A DNA stretch of 62,955 bases, the filler included, from an uncultured virus (IMG/VR IMGVR_UViG_3300005239_003333) (Duplodnaviria; Heunggongvirae; Uroviricota; Caudoviricetes). It is 3 parts of one record of this genome, joined end to end, with 100 filler letters (N's around TTAATTAATTAA, not from the genome) between each part and the next. Parts side by side here need not be neighbours in the genome. Positions count along the whole stretch, not along the records: positions 28,653 to 58,796 come from IMGVR_UViG_3300005239_003333; 2 more parts are not named here. One strand, 5' to 3'. How positions within the stretch are numbered: position 1 is the first letter of the stretch; every line of letters starts with the position of its first letter. Made by a program: the position numbers and the translations under genes. The notes under the pieces were generated by a model that saw only the letters and a program-made list of their open reading frames with translations, did not search any database and had not been told where the DNA came from. This document shows, in pieces, positions 41,556 to 52,465 of this stretch.

Positions 41556-43088
41556 TTAAGAGTACGCTTCTTGAAGATCTCTCAAGCCGCGCTGACTATT
41601 CATATTAGTAACTGTGCTATTATTAGTTATAACGTTAGTACCTCCGCCTGCTACGGTCTTTTCTGAAATTTCTCGTAGAAGATTAGTACTCTCTTCAAGC
41701 ATCTTTAATTGAGCTTTTAACAAATCAACGTTAACTTTACCTATTTTACCAATTAATTTACTATTATCGTCGAGCCCTTTAACAATAGCTGTAGAACCTA
41801 ACGCGGTTTGAGTTTCAGCATTGGTTTTTATAGAGCCGTCAGCATCAGGTACAAATAACTCAGGCCCTTCTTCCCCAACTATATATTCTTGATTTTTCTT
41901 AACCGGTCCCCCATCTTTTCTTCTCCCACGTTTACTATTNNNNNNNNNNNNNNNNNNNNNNNNNNNNNNNNNNNNNNNNNNNNNNNNNNNNNNNNNNNNN
42001 NNNNNNNNNNNNNNNNNNNNNNNNNNNNNNNNNNNNNNNNNNNNNNNNNNNNNNNNNNNNNNNNNNNNNNNNNNNNNNNNNNNNNNNNNNNNNNNNNNNN
42101 NNNGATTTTTAATAGGGAAATTATTCATAATCTTATCTTTTATCTTACCGAAGAAAGCTCCGATACCACCAGGGGCACCTTCAGGTTTGACTTTATCTTC
42201 TTTACCTTTCTTAACATCTAAAAAGGCATTCAGTACATCTAAACCAATTGATATACCAGTACCAATACCTGGGAATAAAGTAGCTATACCAGATGCAACA
42301 TCAATTAAACCACCTACTAAATCTCCACTTTTGAATCTACTTATTGCAAATCCCCATGATATAAGAGAACCTATTCCAGGTATTCTTTTTAAGACCGGTT
42401 TTAAAAATTTCATAAACAGCTTACCTATAGTACCGAATAAAGCTTTAGCCCCTCCTTTACCTGCTAGTTTTTTAAACGGTGCTAATAAAAACTTACCTAT
42501 GTTACCTAAGAATCCTTTGGCTTTTGTTATAACGTTTTTAAATAAATCTTTAGGTAAAATTTTAGCAAACCCTGCAGTAAATTTTCCTAGCGACTTACTC
42601 ACCATTGATTTAAAAAGCTTTATACCGCCGATTATACCACCCTTTGCTAATATTTTTAAGAATCCCTTCAATGGCCCGTCGCTCATTAACCCTGTAACAA
42701 GAGCTGCAACTCCACCTAGAACTAATAAAGCTGCAGCTGTAAGTTTACCAAGACCACCACCACCACCTTTACCGCCAGCACCACCGGCTCCGCCTTGGCC
42801 TGGATCACCGGCCATTCTACCTAAATCTTGCTCAGCTTTTTTTCCGAAATCAGTAACAATAACAGGTGAAGCTTTTTCTACAACCTTTCTAGGCTTCTTT
42901 GAAACTGGTGATTGCCCTATGGCCGGAGCTGCTTGCTTAGATGTAGCGACAGGCTTTGAACTAGCTGACTGCTTTAATACAGGCGCCTTTTTACCTATTA
43001 CCTTTTCAAGTAAAGTTAGTCGTTTATTGGTTGCCGATGAAACCTTGGTTATTAAAGATAGTGCATCAGCTAATGTTGTATCAGCCAT
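41556..43088 (-). CDS. Tape-measure-like protein (internal gap 41940-42103)
   Basis: Gly/Ala/Lys-rich amphipathic helices, LKRIPGIGSLI, RKDGGPV..NQEYIVGEEGPELFVP; late promoter at 43094-43099. Confidence 0.7.
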   Translation of the reverse strand: MADTTLADALSLITKVSSATNKRLTLLEKVIGKKAPVLKQSASSKPVATSKQAAPAIGQSPVSKKPRKVVEKASPVIVTDFGKKAEQDLGRMAGDPGQGGAGGAGGKGGGGGLGKLTAAALLVLGGVAALVTGLMSDGPLKGFLKILAKGGIIGGIKLFKSMVSKSLGKFTAGFAKILPKDLFKNVITKAKGFLGNIGKFLLAPFKKLAGKGGAKALFGTIGKLFMKFLKPVLKRIPGIGSLISWGFAISRFKSGDLVGGLIDVASGIATLFPGIGTGISIGLDVLNAFLDVKKGKEDKVKPEGAPGGIGAFFGKIKDKIMNNFPIKNXXXXXXXXXXXXXXXXXXXXXXXXXXXXXXXXXXXXXXXXXXXXXXXXXXXXXXXNSKRGRRKDGGPVKKNQEYIVGEEGPELFVPDADGSIKTNAETQTALGSTAIVKGLDDNSKLIGKIGKVNVDLLKAQLKMLEESTNLLREISEKTVAGGGTNVITNNSTVTNMNSQRGLRDLQEAYS

Positions 43089-43108
43089 ACAATTATTTAA
43101 TATCTAGT

Positions 43109-44400
43109 CTATAGTATAAACAATTCTGGGGTAATATCTATGTCCTTTTCGCTCACCGGGTCGTGTGCAAAACTAGATTCTAATTCTCTAACTTTATTAA
43201 TATATTCTGTTACAGGTTGAAAATGAACGCCATCGATGCTTTCTATTAATTTAAGACTTTGAGATAGTTCTGTATGTAGATCTACTTCTTTATCGTTTAT
43301 TTGAATCTTTTTAATAAACTTAAGAATTTCGCAAGCATATAGATCGCTAATTAAATTCTTTAATTTATTCTCATCAAAAGTAGTGTTTTTATACTTGTTG
43401 AGCAAGTGAGTATTAATAAAGTTGTCGATGTTTAAGTCTGGAGCTTCGACGGAAAGAATAAAATCTCCTGTTTTAATAGTTTCAGGCTTAATATTGTATT
43501 CAATTGAAGAATTTCTTTTTAAAATACCGGATAGGTCAATATCACTCTCACCGACATTTATTACGTTTTTAAGATGCTGTCTCAATACTAAGGTAAGATT
43601 AACCCTATCAACAGTATAAATCNNNNNNNNNNNNNNNNNNNNNNNNNNNNNNNNNNNNNNNNNNNNNNNNNNNNNNNNNNNNNNNNNNNNNNNNNNNNNN
43701 NNNNNNNNNNNNNNNNNNNNNNNNNNNNNNNNNNNNNNNNNNNNNNNNNNNNNNNNNNNNNNNNNNNNNNNNNNNNNNNNNNNNNNNNNNNNNNNNNNNN
43801 NNNNNNNNNNNNNNNNNNNNNNNNNNNNNNNNNNNNNNNNNNNNNNNNNNNNNNNNNNNNNNNNNNNNNNNNNNNNNNNNNNNNNNNNNNNNNNNNNNNN
43901 NNNNNNNNNNNNNNNNNNNNNNNNNNNNNNNNNNNNNNNNNNNNNNNNNNNNNNNNNNNNNNNNNNNNNNNNNNNNNNNNNNNNNNNNNNNNNNNNNNNN
44001 NNNNNNNNNNNNNNNNNNNNNNNNNNNNNNNNNNNNNNNNNNNNNNNNNNNNNNNNNNNNNNNNNNNNNNNNNNNNNNNNNNNNNNNNNNNNNNNNNNNN
44101 NNNNNNNNNNNNNNNNNNNNNNNNNNNNNNNNNNNNNNNNNNNNNNNNNNNNNNNNNNNNNNNNNNNNNNNNNNNNNNNNNNNNNNNNNNNNNNNNNNNN
44201 NNNNNNNNNNNNNNNNNNNNNNNNNNNNNNNNNNNNNNNNNNNNNNNNNNNNNNNNNGATGAAGTTTCGATAATTAACTTTTGCTGCGCTAGTGTTAAGG
44301 GGGATATCTCTACCTCTTCACCCTTCGACGGTGCATAGGCCTTTAAGATGCTTCTCGAGCCTTTAATTTCTTCTAAAATATCTTTAAATTTATCAGACAT
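43109..44400 (-). CDS. Baseplate hub assembly chaperone (gp26-like), gap 43623-44258
   Basis: APSKGEEVEISPLTLAQQKLII...YTVDRVNLTLVLR; full TATAAATA at 44406-44413. Confidence 0.5.
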
Positions 44401-44433
44401 AGAAATATTTATAAGAGGGCTTTAAAATAACAA

Positions 44434-45192
44434 CTACCTTTCAGTCATTGCGCTCTTTTCGTTTTCCTTTTCTTTATTTAAATGATTTAAGAATATCTTT
44501 ATTTCCGGGTATGTATAGGTTTTAAAATCTGCAGATTTAAATTCTAGATTACGCATACATGCAAACTCAAAGTTTAATATTTGAAAGAGATCTTCGTAAA
44601 AAATATTTTTTATAAATCTTAATATATACTCTTGACTATAAATGTTTATATCAATATCTTTAAAGATGTTAATCTTTCGATCACTGAAAACATTATGAAG
44701 TTTATTATATATATCGGTTATTGATAGAGACGTTTCGCCTAATAATTGCTTGCGTTCCTCTACAGTCAAATCTACAACGCTAGTATCGCCAATCTTCACC
44801 AGACACTCTGCAATATAGTTATCATAATCTACCGAATAAAAATTAACCGGGCTAGATAATGTTAATATATCATATACAATAGGCTCGTTGCTAAACTCGG
44901 TAGCTAATATTAAAGAAAGATCTATAGTTATTTGTCGGCCATCAAGTAAAAATGTAACTTCATTGCCTAGTATAGTGTTTCTTATTGATAAAAGAGATTT
45001 AAACTTATCAATTATGTTTAAAGGTCTAGACGAAGTTACGTTTTCTTTAATAACAGTTTCCAAGCAATGATTGATATCATATATATCATCAGACATTAAC
45101 ATTTTACATACATTTTTATATTCATAGAAAGATAATTCTTTAAATGAAGCCTTACCTTCTACTATATCAATAGGTACTTGATTACCGATCAT
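44434..45192 (-). CDS. gp26-like chaperone with gp51-like C-terminus
   Basis: FKELSFYEYK...LNIIDKFKSLLSIRNTILGNE; C-terminal DLFQILNFEFACMRNLEF...TYPEIKIFLNHL. Confidence 0.45.
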   Translation of the reverse strand: MIGNQVPIDIVEGKASFKELSFYEYKNVCKMLMSDDIYDINHCLETVIKENVTSSRPLNIIDKFKSLLSIRNTILGNEVTFLLDGRQITIDLSLILATEFSNEPIVYDILTLSSPVNFYSVDYDNYIAECLVKIGDTSVVDLTVEERKQLLGETSLSITDIYNKLHNVFSDRKINIFKDIDINIYSQEYILRFIKNIFYEDLFQILNFEFACMRNLEFKSADFKTYTYPEIKIFLNHLNKEKENEKSAMTER

Positions 45193-46016
45193 TAAAATAA
45201 TTTATCAATAATATTAGGTAAAGGCAAGAATAAATTGTCACTAACATTATAATGGCTGTAGGACCATTGTGATGTATATGTGTCCATTTGCTCAGCATCA
45301 TATGTTAAGTTTCTACTCGATACACCAGTAGGTACGCAGTTATAAAAGCTCCATACCTTTCGTGGAATTTGCGAAATACCTTTATACGATCTCGTGTATT
45401 GCACTATAGTAACATTACACCTAGGGTCTATTTCTGGTTTATTTTTATCGTCTCTTGCGACCATACCAGCATGACTTGCCATTATAACCCAGGGTCTAAT
45501 AACATGATCAATAAATGACGAATTAGTTTCTCTGAATTGTAGTGTTAGAGGGCTAAACTCACTCCTGTTACCTGAAATACGTCCAGGTATAAATCCTCTG
45601 TTATTAGGTATAGTTGCTACTGTCGTCTGGAGAGAATCATCAGGAATATCAGCTCCTTGCGCGAATAAGCAACCAACAACGCTTTGCGCTGGGTATGATG
45701 TAAGGAAAGCTTTTGCTCTATCAATATCAAACCCCTTTTTATCGCCCTGTACTGGCTCGAGGCCTTGCAGTATATCTGTATTTAACCCTGCCGGGAAGCT
45801 ATCGATAAGAACAATCCATTGTGTACGTAGGGGTATAGCACCCACCCATGTTTCCATAGAATTAATGAAATAATCTCTAAAACTAACTAACGGTACACCA
45901 GGTACATTAGTACCAAAAAGATTAAGATTTGGTTGCGCTAAACTACCGCCAAGTGCTCCTTTGGTAATATTTGATACACCTTGTATCGCATTTCCTACTG
46001 CATTTAATATCCCCAT
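45192..46016 (-). CDS. Tail-tube-like baseplate initiator (gp54-like)
   Basis: Tube-fold motifs LTLQFRET..F...IRPW, VTIVQY, WSFYNCVP; directly after the tube gene. Confidence 0.6.
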   Translation of the reverse strand: MGILNAVGNAIQGVSNITKGALGGSLAQPNLNLFGTNVPGVPLVSFRDYFINSMETWVGAIPLRTQWIVLIDSFPAGLNTDILQGLEPVQGDKKGFDIDRAKAFLTSYPAQSVVGCLFAQGADIPDDSLQTTVATIPNNRGFIPGRISGNRSEFSPLTLQFRETNSSFIDHVIRPWVIMASHAGMVARDDKNKPEIDPRCNVTIVQYTRSYKGISQIPRKVWSFYNCVPTGVSSRNLTYDAEQMDTYTSQWSYSHYNVSDNLFLPLPNIIDKLF

Positions 46017-46031
46017 ATATAATATTTAAGC

Positions 46032-46059
46032 AAAAAAAAGCCGTACCAAAGTACGGCTT
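46032..46059 (-). terminator. Rho-independent terminator after the tail tube gene
   Basis: Stem aagccgtac/gtacggctt, 4-nt loop, followed by a T run on the minus strand. Confidence 0.85.
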
Positions 46060-46078
46060 GATTTGAAATGTCTAACTA

Positions 46079-46624
46079 CTAAGCAGTTTTTCTATAGTAG
46101 TGGTATGCAACAGTAACTGTAAACGTCTGTACTGTACCTTCAGTAGTAATATCATACGCTAATTCACCTATGCTTCTAATGCTACATCCAACTAACTGAT
46201 ACTGAGAAACTCTTTCTAGTTGCTTATCTAGCTGAACTAGATCGATTACTGAATCAGCAGTTGGTGTAAAATAATTACCTGTCGAATCAGCATCATTAAA
46301 CGTATCGCTCATTACTTGTTGAAACTTATCATATAAGTTATATGATTCGTCCGCTCTAAATGTTAACGAATATCCTTCAGAGCCAGTATATTTAACAGTA
46401 CCAGGAATGTGGAAATCTAATCCCATATATGGTACAGCGACATCAGTAATAGTCTTACCAGGTAAAGTCGCAGTAGTTACATAAACTAAATCTTCTTCAC
46501 CTATTGTAACGTCACTACCACCTCCGAAGTCTATATTTAAAACTCTAAAGAGATTATTTCTAGCGAAGTCTTTGACCTGCGCCTGTGTGTAGAAATCTTG
46601 GATTGTCTGTTTTACGTCTGCCAT
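46079..46624 (-). CDS. gp19: Tail tube protein
   Basis: ARNNLFRV, ATLPGKTI..V.VPYMG...IPG, VQLD, FTVTVAYHY; directly after the sheath. Confidence 0.85.
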   Translation of the reverse strand: MADVKQTIQDFYTQAQVKDFARNNLFRVLNIDFGGGSDVTIGEEDLVYVTTATLPGKTITDVAVPYMGLDFHIPGTVKYTGSEGYSLTFRADESYNLYDKFQQVMSDTFNDADSTGNYFTPTADSVIDLVQLDKQLERVSQYQLVGCSIRSIGELAYDITTEGTVQTFTVTVAYHYYRKTA

Positions 46625-46643
46625 AGTTATTAATATTTAATCG

Positions 46644-49005
46644 TTACCCTACAATTTCATTAAAGTCTGTACCGGTTCTTGTAGCGTAGAAGTTAACAAG
46701 AATAAATTCAGCAGCTCTAACTGGCTTTAGATATATATCAATTACTAGCTCATTTTGATCAATAACATCAGGTGTATTATTTCTCTCATCGCAAACAATT
46801 AGATAATCGTAAAGACCTTCAGTATTTTTAGCTCTCTCGAAGATCGGTGTTAATGTATTAATAACACGAGTTCTAGTTAAGAGTGTATTAGGTTCAAATA
46901 CGAAATACTTTACTGTCCGTCTTGTCGATTTTTCAAGATTTAAGAATAGTCTACGTACATTAATTCTATCAAATGCAGTTGGTGCAGCTTGTAATGTCTT
47001 TTGACCAAATACCGTAAATCCGTCTCCTGGGAAGAACGCAACTGGGTTAACAGAGTTCTTATAAAGATTATCTCTTTGCTTCTGCTTTGGGTAAAGTACA
47101 ATATCATTAACACTACCAACTCTACCTCTTGTAAAGCCTGCTGGTGCAAACCATGGTTGGAAGTTAGCATCTGTATTTGCCATTAATTCAGCAGCTGTAC
47201 CGGAGAAAGGCACCCAGCACTGATCATCTAATACTGAATCATATACCTTAGACCAGCATGCATATGTTGTAGAGTAGCTTGAATTAAGAATCGATGTAAA
47301 GGCCTTAATAGGTGCACCAATATGAAGCGAATAGTTCTTATTAGGGTCCTGTAGTGTCTTATAATTAGCACCTTGAACAAAGATCGGTCTTGGTAAATCA
47401 GCAATAAACAGGTGATCCTTTCTTCTCTTTTCAGCGAAGTTATTAAATCTATTGTAAATCGTCTTCCAGTTACTTCTATAGGTAGCTGATTGAATAGATG
47501 TTGGATCTGAAGTATAGTAGCTCGATAATTCAATTGACGCTGTATCGTCGAAGTACTTATCACTGCCGTTTTCTTTACGCGCAGCGTTGATCGTACCAAG
47601 ACCTCCTTCAACAGTAATATCGATATCATAAATATCAGGATTCTCGACAGTATCGAGTAATCTATCGATTTTCTTTGGAATACTACCAAGATCTTTACTA
47701 GTACCTTTAGCGTTTGGTGAACTGTATGAACCGATTGTAAATAAGCTAGTAGCTTTCGTACCGCCTTCTGCAGCTATTAACTGCCCTGAAACACTAGAGT
47801 GCATAGTTAAATTGCTCTGATTTGGTCCTAAATAAGTACTAGAAAGTTGTGTAAACTTCGTTGAATTCAAGCCTCTAGCTAATCTAACTTTATTAACAGT
47901 ACTCCGTCAGATTTCTCCATGTATACATACTATGAGATAGATTTCATAACATATATTATATTAGGAGATGATCTCTTCGTACATAAAAATGATGTGCTGA
48001 ACCACCGGTCTGGACTGTCTTGGCGGTGGTAGTCGAAAGAGCTACATAGCTTTCCGAGAGAACATAATCGAGTTTAATGACATCAGAAGCAAACACTGAC
48101 TGTCTTAGTTTGAATAAGCCGATTGAAAGTGTATCGTCGAACATCCGAGTTGAAATATCGAACTCAGATAGATTTTCCATTAATTCAGAAACACTATCAT
48201 CTTCTTGCCCAAAGGTATTTGTTAAGGCATTATTTGACCCAGAGAGTGAAAATCCTAAACGCTTTTCCGGCAATGTAACGTAACCAGTTGTATTAAACGC
48301 ACTCTTCGTTACGGTTTCTGTCGTCATAATACCGTCGTAATCAGTTACATCATTAATATTAGAATTATCTATCGCGCCGAAGTAAAATCCTTCAAACTTA
48401 GTATTAACAGTCGTCTGACCCTTATTAAGAACTAGCATACCAGCTCCGCCTAAGTCAGAAAAGCTACTAAGGGAGTTAGCACTCTGTGCCATCGTATTGC
48501 TCCAATCAAATCCTTCGCCTCTAAGGATTTTATTGTACTGGGTTTCAGTAAGTTCGTAATGCACGGGTTGGCCTAAAGTGTATACAACCGGTACTGCGTC
48601 ACCATTACTATAGGTAGGTTGATCAAAAGTACTAACAGCGGCACCGCTAACAGTGGCGCCGTCGGATGAAAGTGATGTTCCTCGTATTGGATATGCCAAA
48701 ACACCATATGAATTACCAAAGCCTGCCCCTGCGGAGAGCCCGTAAGGCAGTCTATATGTTAAGATATTAGCCTGTGAATTAAAGATTGGCTTTACAGTAT
48801 GATAAAAATATCTTTCTGCAGGAGTTGTAGGTACTCCATAAATTTGTTCAAATTCGCTTAAACTCGTAACTTGAATAACCTCGTCTGAAGGTCCTTTATC
48901 TGCAAAACCAGTTACTAATACTGTTGTACCAGTAGCTATATTCGGTCTCAAACTTAAATCGATTTCATTAATTTCTACACCCGGTGATTGAATTGTACGT
49001 CCCAT
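46644..49005 (-). CDS. gp18: Contractile tail sheath protein (garbled/frameshifted around 47880-48030); true start 49005
   Basis: MGRTIQSPGVEINEIDLS N-terminus; PWFAPAGFTRG, GQKTL...AFDRINVRRLF, VFEPN, CDERNNTP..ID.N, IYLKP.RAAEFI; TAAATA-N5-ATG at 49011-49016. Confidence 0.92.
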
Positions 49006-49036
49006 AATATTATTTATGGTTATTTGTACTAAAAAT

Positions 49037-49642
49037 TTATAATAACTCGACCAATAATTGAGAGAAAGCAAATTCAAACGATGTTTCAACCTCACCTTCC
49101 GTTCTATAATTGTAATCTATTTGACCTAAGCTTACAGGAAATGCATTTTTATATGTAAATTTTACTTTATTTTTATCAAACTCATCTTTAGCGAAGAGGG
49201 TCATATCAGTCATATATAAATCCGGAGGTGTTAGAGAGGCGTTCTTATCTCTATTACTAGACGATCTTGTACCAGCAATATTATCTAAATCAAATACTGA
49301 TTCTTTATCATTGTTGAGTAGATCTAACCATTTATATATTATCCAATAATTGTTAAAGTTATTATCGATTGTAAATTTAACTGTTACATTATTATACGCA
49401 GGTCTTCCATGACTTGATAATTTTATACTTTGACCGGCATATTGTTCGGTAATTTCAGGTACTGTAACACTGGGGATTACTGCACCGTAAACAGAAAATT
49501 GCAAGGAATTCTCATTTACTTTTGTATCGCCGCGAGTCCCGAGGTCCGTTGTATTAATATTTCTCAATGATTCAGGCAAGCTGATAACCATTAAAAACTT
49601 ATCTAATCTACTCTTATTTAACTGTGATTGATTTAAAGACAT
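49037..49642 (-). CDS. Tail completion / tube terminator (gp3-like)
   Basis: IPSVTVP, VTVKFTIDNNFNNYWIIYKWL, FTYKNAFPVSLGQIDYNY. Confidence 0.65.
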   Translation of the reverse strand: MSLNQSQLNKSRLDKFLMVISLPESLRNINTTDLGTRGDTKVNENSLQFSVYGAVIPSVTVPEITEQYAGQSIKLSSHGRPAYNNVTVKFTIDNNFNNYWIIYKWLDLLNNDKESVFDLDNIAGTRSSSNRDKNASLTPPDLYMTDMTLFAKDEFDKNKVKFTYKNAFPVSLGQIDYNYRTEGEVETSFEFAFSQLLVELL

Positions 49643-51198
49643 TATTGTAGTGGTTTGAATCCGGCGTTATAAAGTTGATCTAAGTCAGAATCTTGATTCA
49701 TTGCATTGCCTATTATAATAGGCGACGTATTATCAAACTTTCCTTCTTTTTCATTACTATACATCGATGTTGGGTTCATAAAATATTTAATCCCAAAGTC
49801 GAATTGTTTAATCTGTAACGGTTTATTATTTTTATCTAACTGTACTATTTCAAAATACCGCTGAACTACTTCATCTTCTAGAATAATTAAATTCCATATC
49901 ATTGCCATTACTCTATCATCATGGTTACCAGCCCCGCGCTTTGCTGCCCAGGTACCGTTCGGATACCGTATAAAGTCCCTAAGCTCCTTTACCAAGTTAA
50001 CATCTCTTATCTCTACGCTTTCAAGCTCATTTACCCAATAACGCATATTTGTAATGCCTTTTTGCTTAGTATTGGTATGAGCTATAACCCCTAGCTGCCC
50101 CTTCGCTCTACCGGCGGTAGATGCTCCCCAAGATACGATATTTTCATAGTTATAATTACGGCTTAAATTATCAACAACCTGAGCACCGCAGTTATTCCTC
50201 TCTATACAAACTAATGGGTTTCCCCAATGTTGTAGTATTTCGTATACCTTTTCTGTGAAGTTATAAGGAGATATAGTATTGTTACAATATGTTGCCACCT
50301 GCTTTATATTAGTTAAGTCTTTATAATCAAATATATGAACCACCGAATAGTCAGCTCCGACCCCTTCCGAAGTATCAACACTAGCTATATATACCCCTTC
50401 ATCATTAGGATCATCCCATAATAGATAGCTACCTTCATCGAATATAAACTTAGGTTCGACGGATCGCTGTATTAGCTTAGCATATAGCTCTTCATTCAAT
50501 GAGCTTTCACCAGAATCTAAGAATTCACAATTAAACTCCTGATTAAAGGCTTCCATAGATCCAATAGATGCGATTGTATCTTTCTTCCATCTTTCATCTC
50601 GCCCCGGGATCTCGTTCCATAAAATTTTATCATAAGCCCAGTTAGATTCATTTCTTTCTGCCGCATCATATAGTCTATAGANNNNNNNNNNNNNNNNNNN
50701 NNNNNNNNNNNNNNNNNNNNNNNNNNNNNNNNNNNNNNNNNNNNNNNNNNNNNNNNTACCGATGTTTTACCATATTCTTTAACCCCAGGCTTAAGCCAAT
50801 TAGGGTAATTCTTCATAGGCCATCCGAATTCTTTGCATTATTTCTATAGCTGTACCTTCTTTATTAGCTACAATAAGGATACGTTGATCTTGGTTAAAAC
50901 AGGCAATCCATAATGCATATATGGTCATCATTGTAGTTTTGCCTATCTGACGACTAGCCAATAATATAAAAAATCGGTTATCGCGCATTTTTCTCAGAGA
51001 TCTTTTCTGCGGACTATGTAATTTAATTTTTTGCCTACCCTCATCTAGTGAGACAATATAGAAAAAGTTTTCAGCAAAGTATAAAAGATTCTTCGATGCC
51101 CTCTTTAACTGGTTAATTTGACTGGGACTATACTCGAATTCCGCACCTACCGCTGGTAGATTAGGGTTATTCATGTAATTTTGTTTATTTTTGGTCAT
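49642..51198 (-). CDS. gp17: Terminase large subunit (frameshift near 50803, gap 50682-50756)
   Basis: YMNNPNL, ASRQIGKTT Walker A, ILIVANK, QEFNCEF, VDTSEGVGADYS, ERNN.G, HDDRVMA. Confidence 0.93.
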
Positions 51199-51205
51199 CT
51201 TGTAT

Positions 51206-51215
51206 TAAATATTTA
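51206..51215. promoter_or_regulatory. Palindromic bidirectional late promoter TAAATATTTA
   Basis: Plus: TAAATA-N5-ATG(51217). Minus: TAAATA-N11-ATG(51198, terminase). Confidence 0.65.
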
Positions 51216-51216
51216 C

Positions 51217-52083
51217 ATGTCAATACAAAATAATCTAACCGAAATATGGAATACTTATAGCGATTCTATTATCAAAGAAGGTAAAACGGGTACTAGACCT
51301 ATTGATGGCGGTAATAAGAAGATGGGTACCAAGCCTGGTCCTGGTGCTGTCGATCTTAACTCTAAGCAAGCCAAAGATATTCAGAATACCGGGAAGGTAG
51401 GTAATACAGATCCGAATTATGATATCGAGGGATTAGAAGAGCCAATCGATCCTAAGAAGACTAAGGGCAAGAAAAATCTTTACACCCCAGAAAAATATAG
51501 TTCTGAAAAGTTTGATGAAAAAGTTGAAAAAGACTATAGGGAGAGTATAAATATTAATATGAAATCTGTATTTGATAAATTATTTGAAGAAGTCATGGAC
51601 GGTCAAGAGTCTAATGAAGAACTTGACGCACTTGGTATTGAAGCTGGCGACGAAGCTGCTGGTGAAGAATCAGGCGACATTACTATAACATTAGACAAAG
51701 ATATGGCAAAAGCTCTTTGCGATATATTACAAGCAGCGATGGGCGATGAAGAAGCCGATGATGCTGAAGTTGAAGACTATGAAGAGATGGAAGAAGATGA
51801 AGACGGCGAAGATGATGAAGACACTCATCAAGAAGCAGTTGAAGCTGACGACCTTGGACATTCATTAGTTAACGCAAAAGAAACAGGTTTAACATCAGTT
51901 AAAGCTGGTTCTAATAAAATTAAGAACAGCCAAAAGGTAGCTAGTAAGAAAGCTGAAGGTAAGATCAAAGGACAGACAGGCGATTCTTCTGACCTTAAGA
52001 GCGGTGTAGGCGAACTTACAGGTAAAGGCAACAAAGCCGGTTCCGGTACAGTAGCAAGCGTCGGATCATCGCTATTTAATTAA
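51217..52083 (+). CDS. Highly charged putative prohead core/internal protein (true start 51217)
   Basis: Late promoter, acidic tract and Lys/Gly-rich tail, strong terminator downstream. Confidence 0.6.
   Translation: MSIQNNLTEIWNTYSDSIIKEGKTGTRPIDGGNKKMGTKPGPGAVDLNSKQAKDIQNTGKVGNTDPNYDIEGLEEPIDPKKTKGKKNLYTPEKYSSEKFDEKVEKDYRESININMKSVFDKLFEEVMDGQESNEELDALGIEAGDEAAGEESGDITITLDKDMAKALCDILQAAMGDEEADDAEVEDYEEMEEDEDGEDDEDTHQEAVEADDLGHSLVNAKETGLTSVKAGSNKIKNSQKVASKKAEGKIKGQTGDSSDLKSGVGELTGKGNKAGSGTVASVGSSLFN
51546..51553 (+). promoter_or_regulatory. Internal perfect T4 late promoter TATAAATA upstream of in-frame ATG 51559
   Basis: TATAAATA-N5-ATG(MKSVFDKLFEE), same frame as the host ORF. Confidence 0.6.
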
Positions 52084-52109
52084 TTTTAAATACAAACAGA
52101 TTTAAAATT

Positions 52110-52139
52110 AGCTGCAACCCTGTGTTGCAGCTTTTTTTT
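52110..52139 (+). terminator. Rho-independent terminator
   Basis: Stem agctgcaac/gttgcagct, 5-nt loop, T tail. Confidence 0.85.
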
Positions 52140-52153
52140 GCTTAAATATTATT

Positions 52154-52465
52154 ATGGACAGTTTTTCTGATTATCATACTAAGCATAGACATAGAGGTAC
52201 TGGATTTACAGATACAGATTCCTCATATAGTCGTAAGCGGGTTAACCTTGTACCGGATTACATGAAGAAGGATCTTTCAAAGAATCAAAAGATAGAGAGG
52301 TTGAAAGATAACAGCGGGATGGCAGTATGCACGCCTATTGATTTAAAATATATTAATGATACATTTAATATTGTACCCCATAAAGACAGAACTCAAACTC
52401 TCGGAAAGACTGGTATACAGCTTTCTTTTGACCCAATCACCAGAAACTTTATTCTACAGAAATGA
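52154..52465 (+). CDS. Hypothetical protein
   Basis: TAAATA-N5-ATG (52143-52148); ATGA overlap with gp14. Confidence 0.65.
   Translation: MDSFSDYHTKHRHRGTGFTDTDSSYSRKRVNLVPDYMKKDLSKNQKIERLKDNSGMAVCTPIDLKYINDTFNIVPHKDRTQTLGKTGIQLSFDPITRNFILQK

Noticed and set aside
42187..43107. Long antisense ORFs (42187-43107, 497-808, 47228-47689 off-frame, and other short ones)
   Set aside because: Shadows of strongly supported genes with biased codons; no promoter or recognisable motifs
47870..48030. Sheath in two ORFs as a real split gene
   Set aside because: The junction is garbled with several apparent indels and the second ORF has no promoter or credible start, consistent with low-coverage sequence.
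50682..50816. Split terminase as intron, intein or programmed frameshift
   Set aside because: A single extra base about 45 nt from a contig edge; both flanks are contiguous TerL sequence and the gap is too small for the missing Walker B region. Most likely a sequencing or gap-size error.
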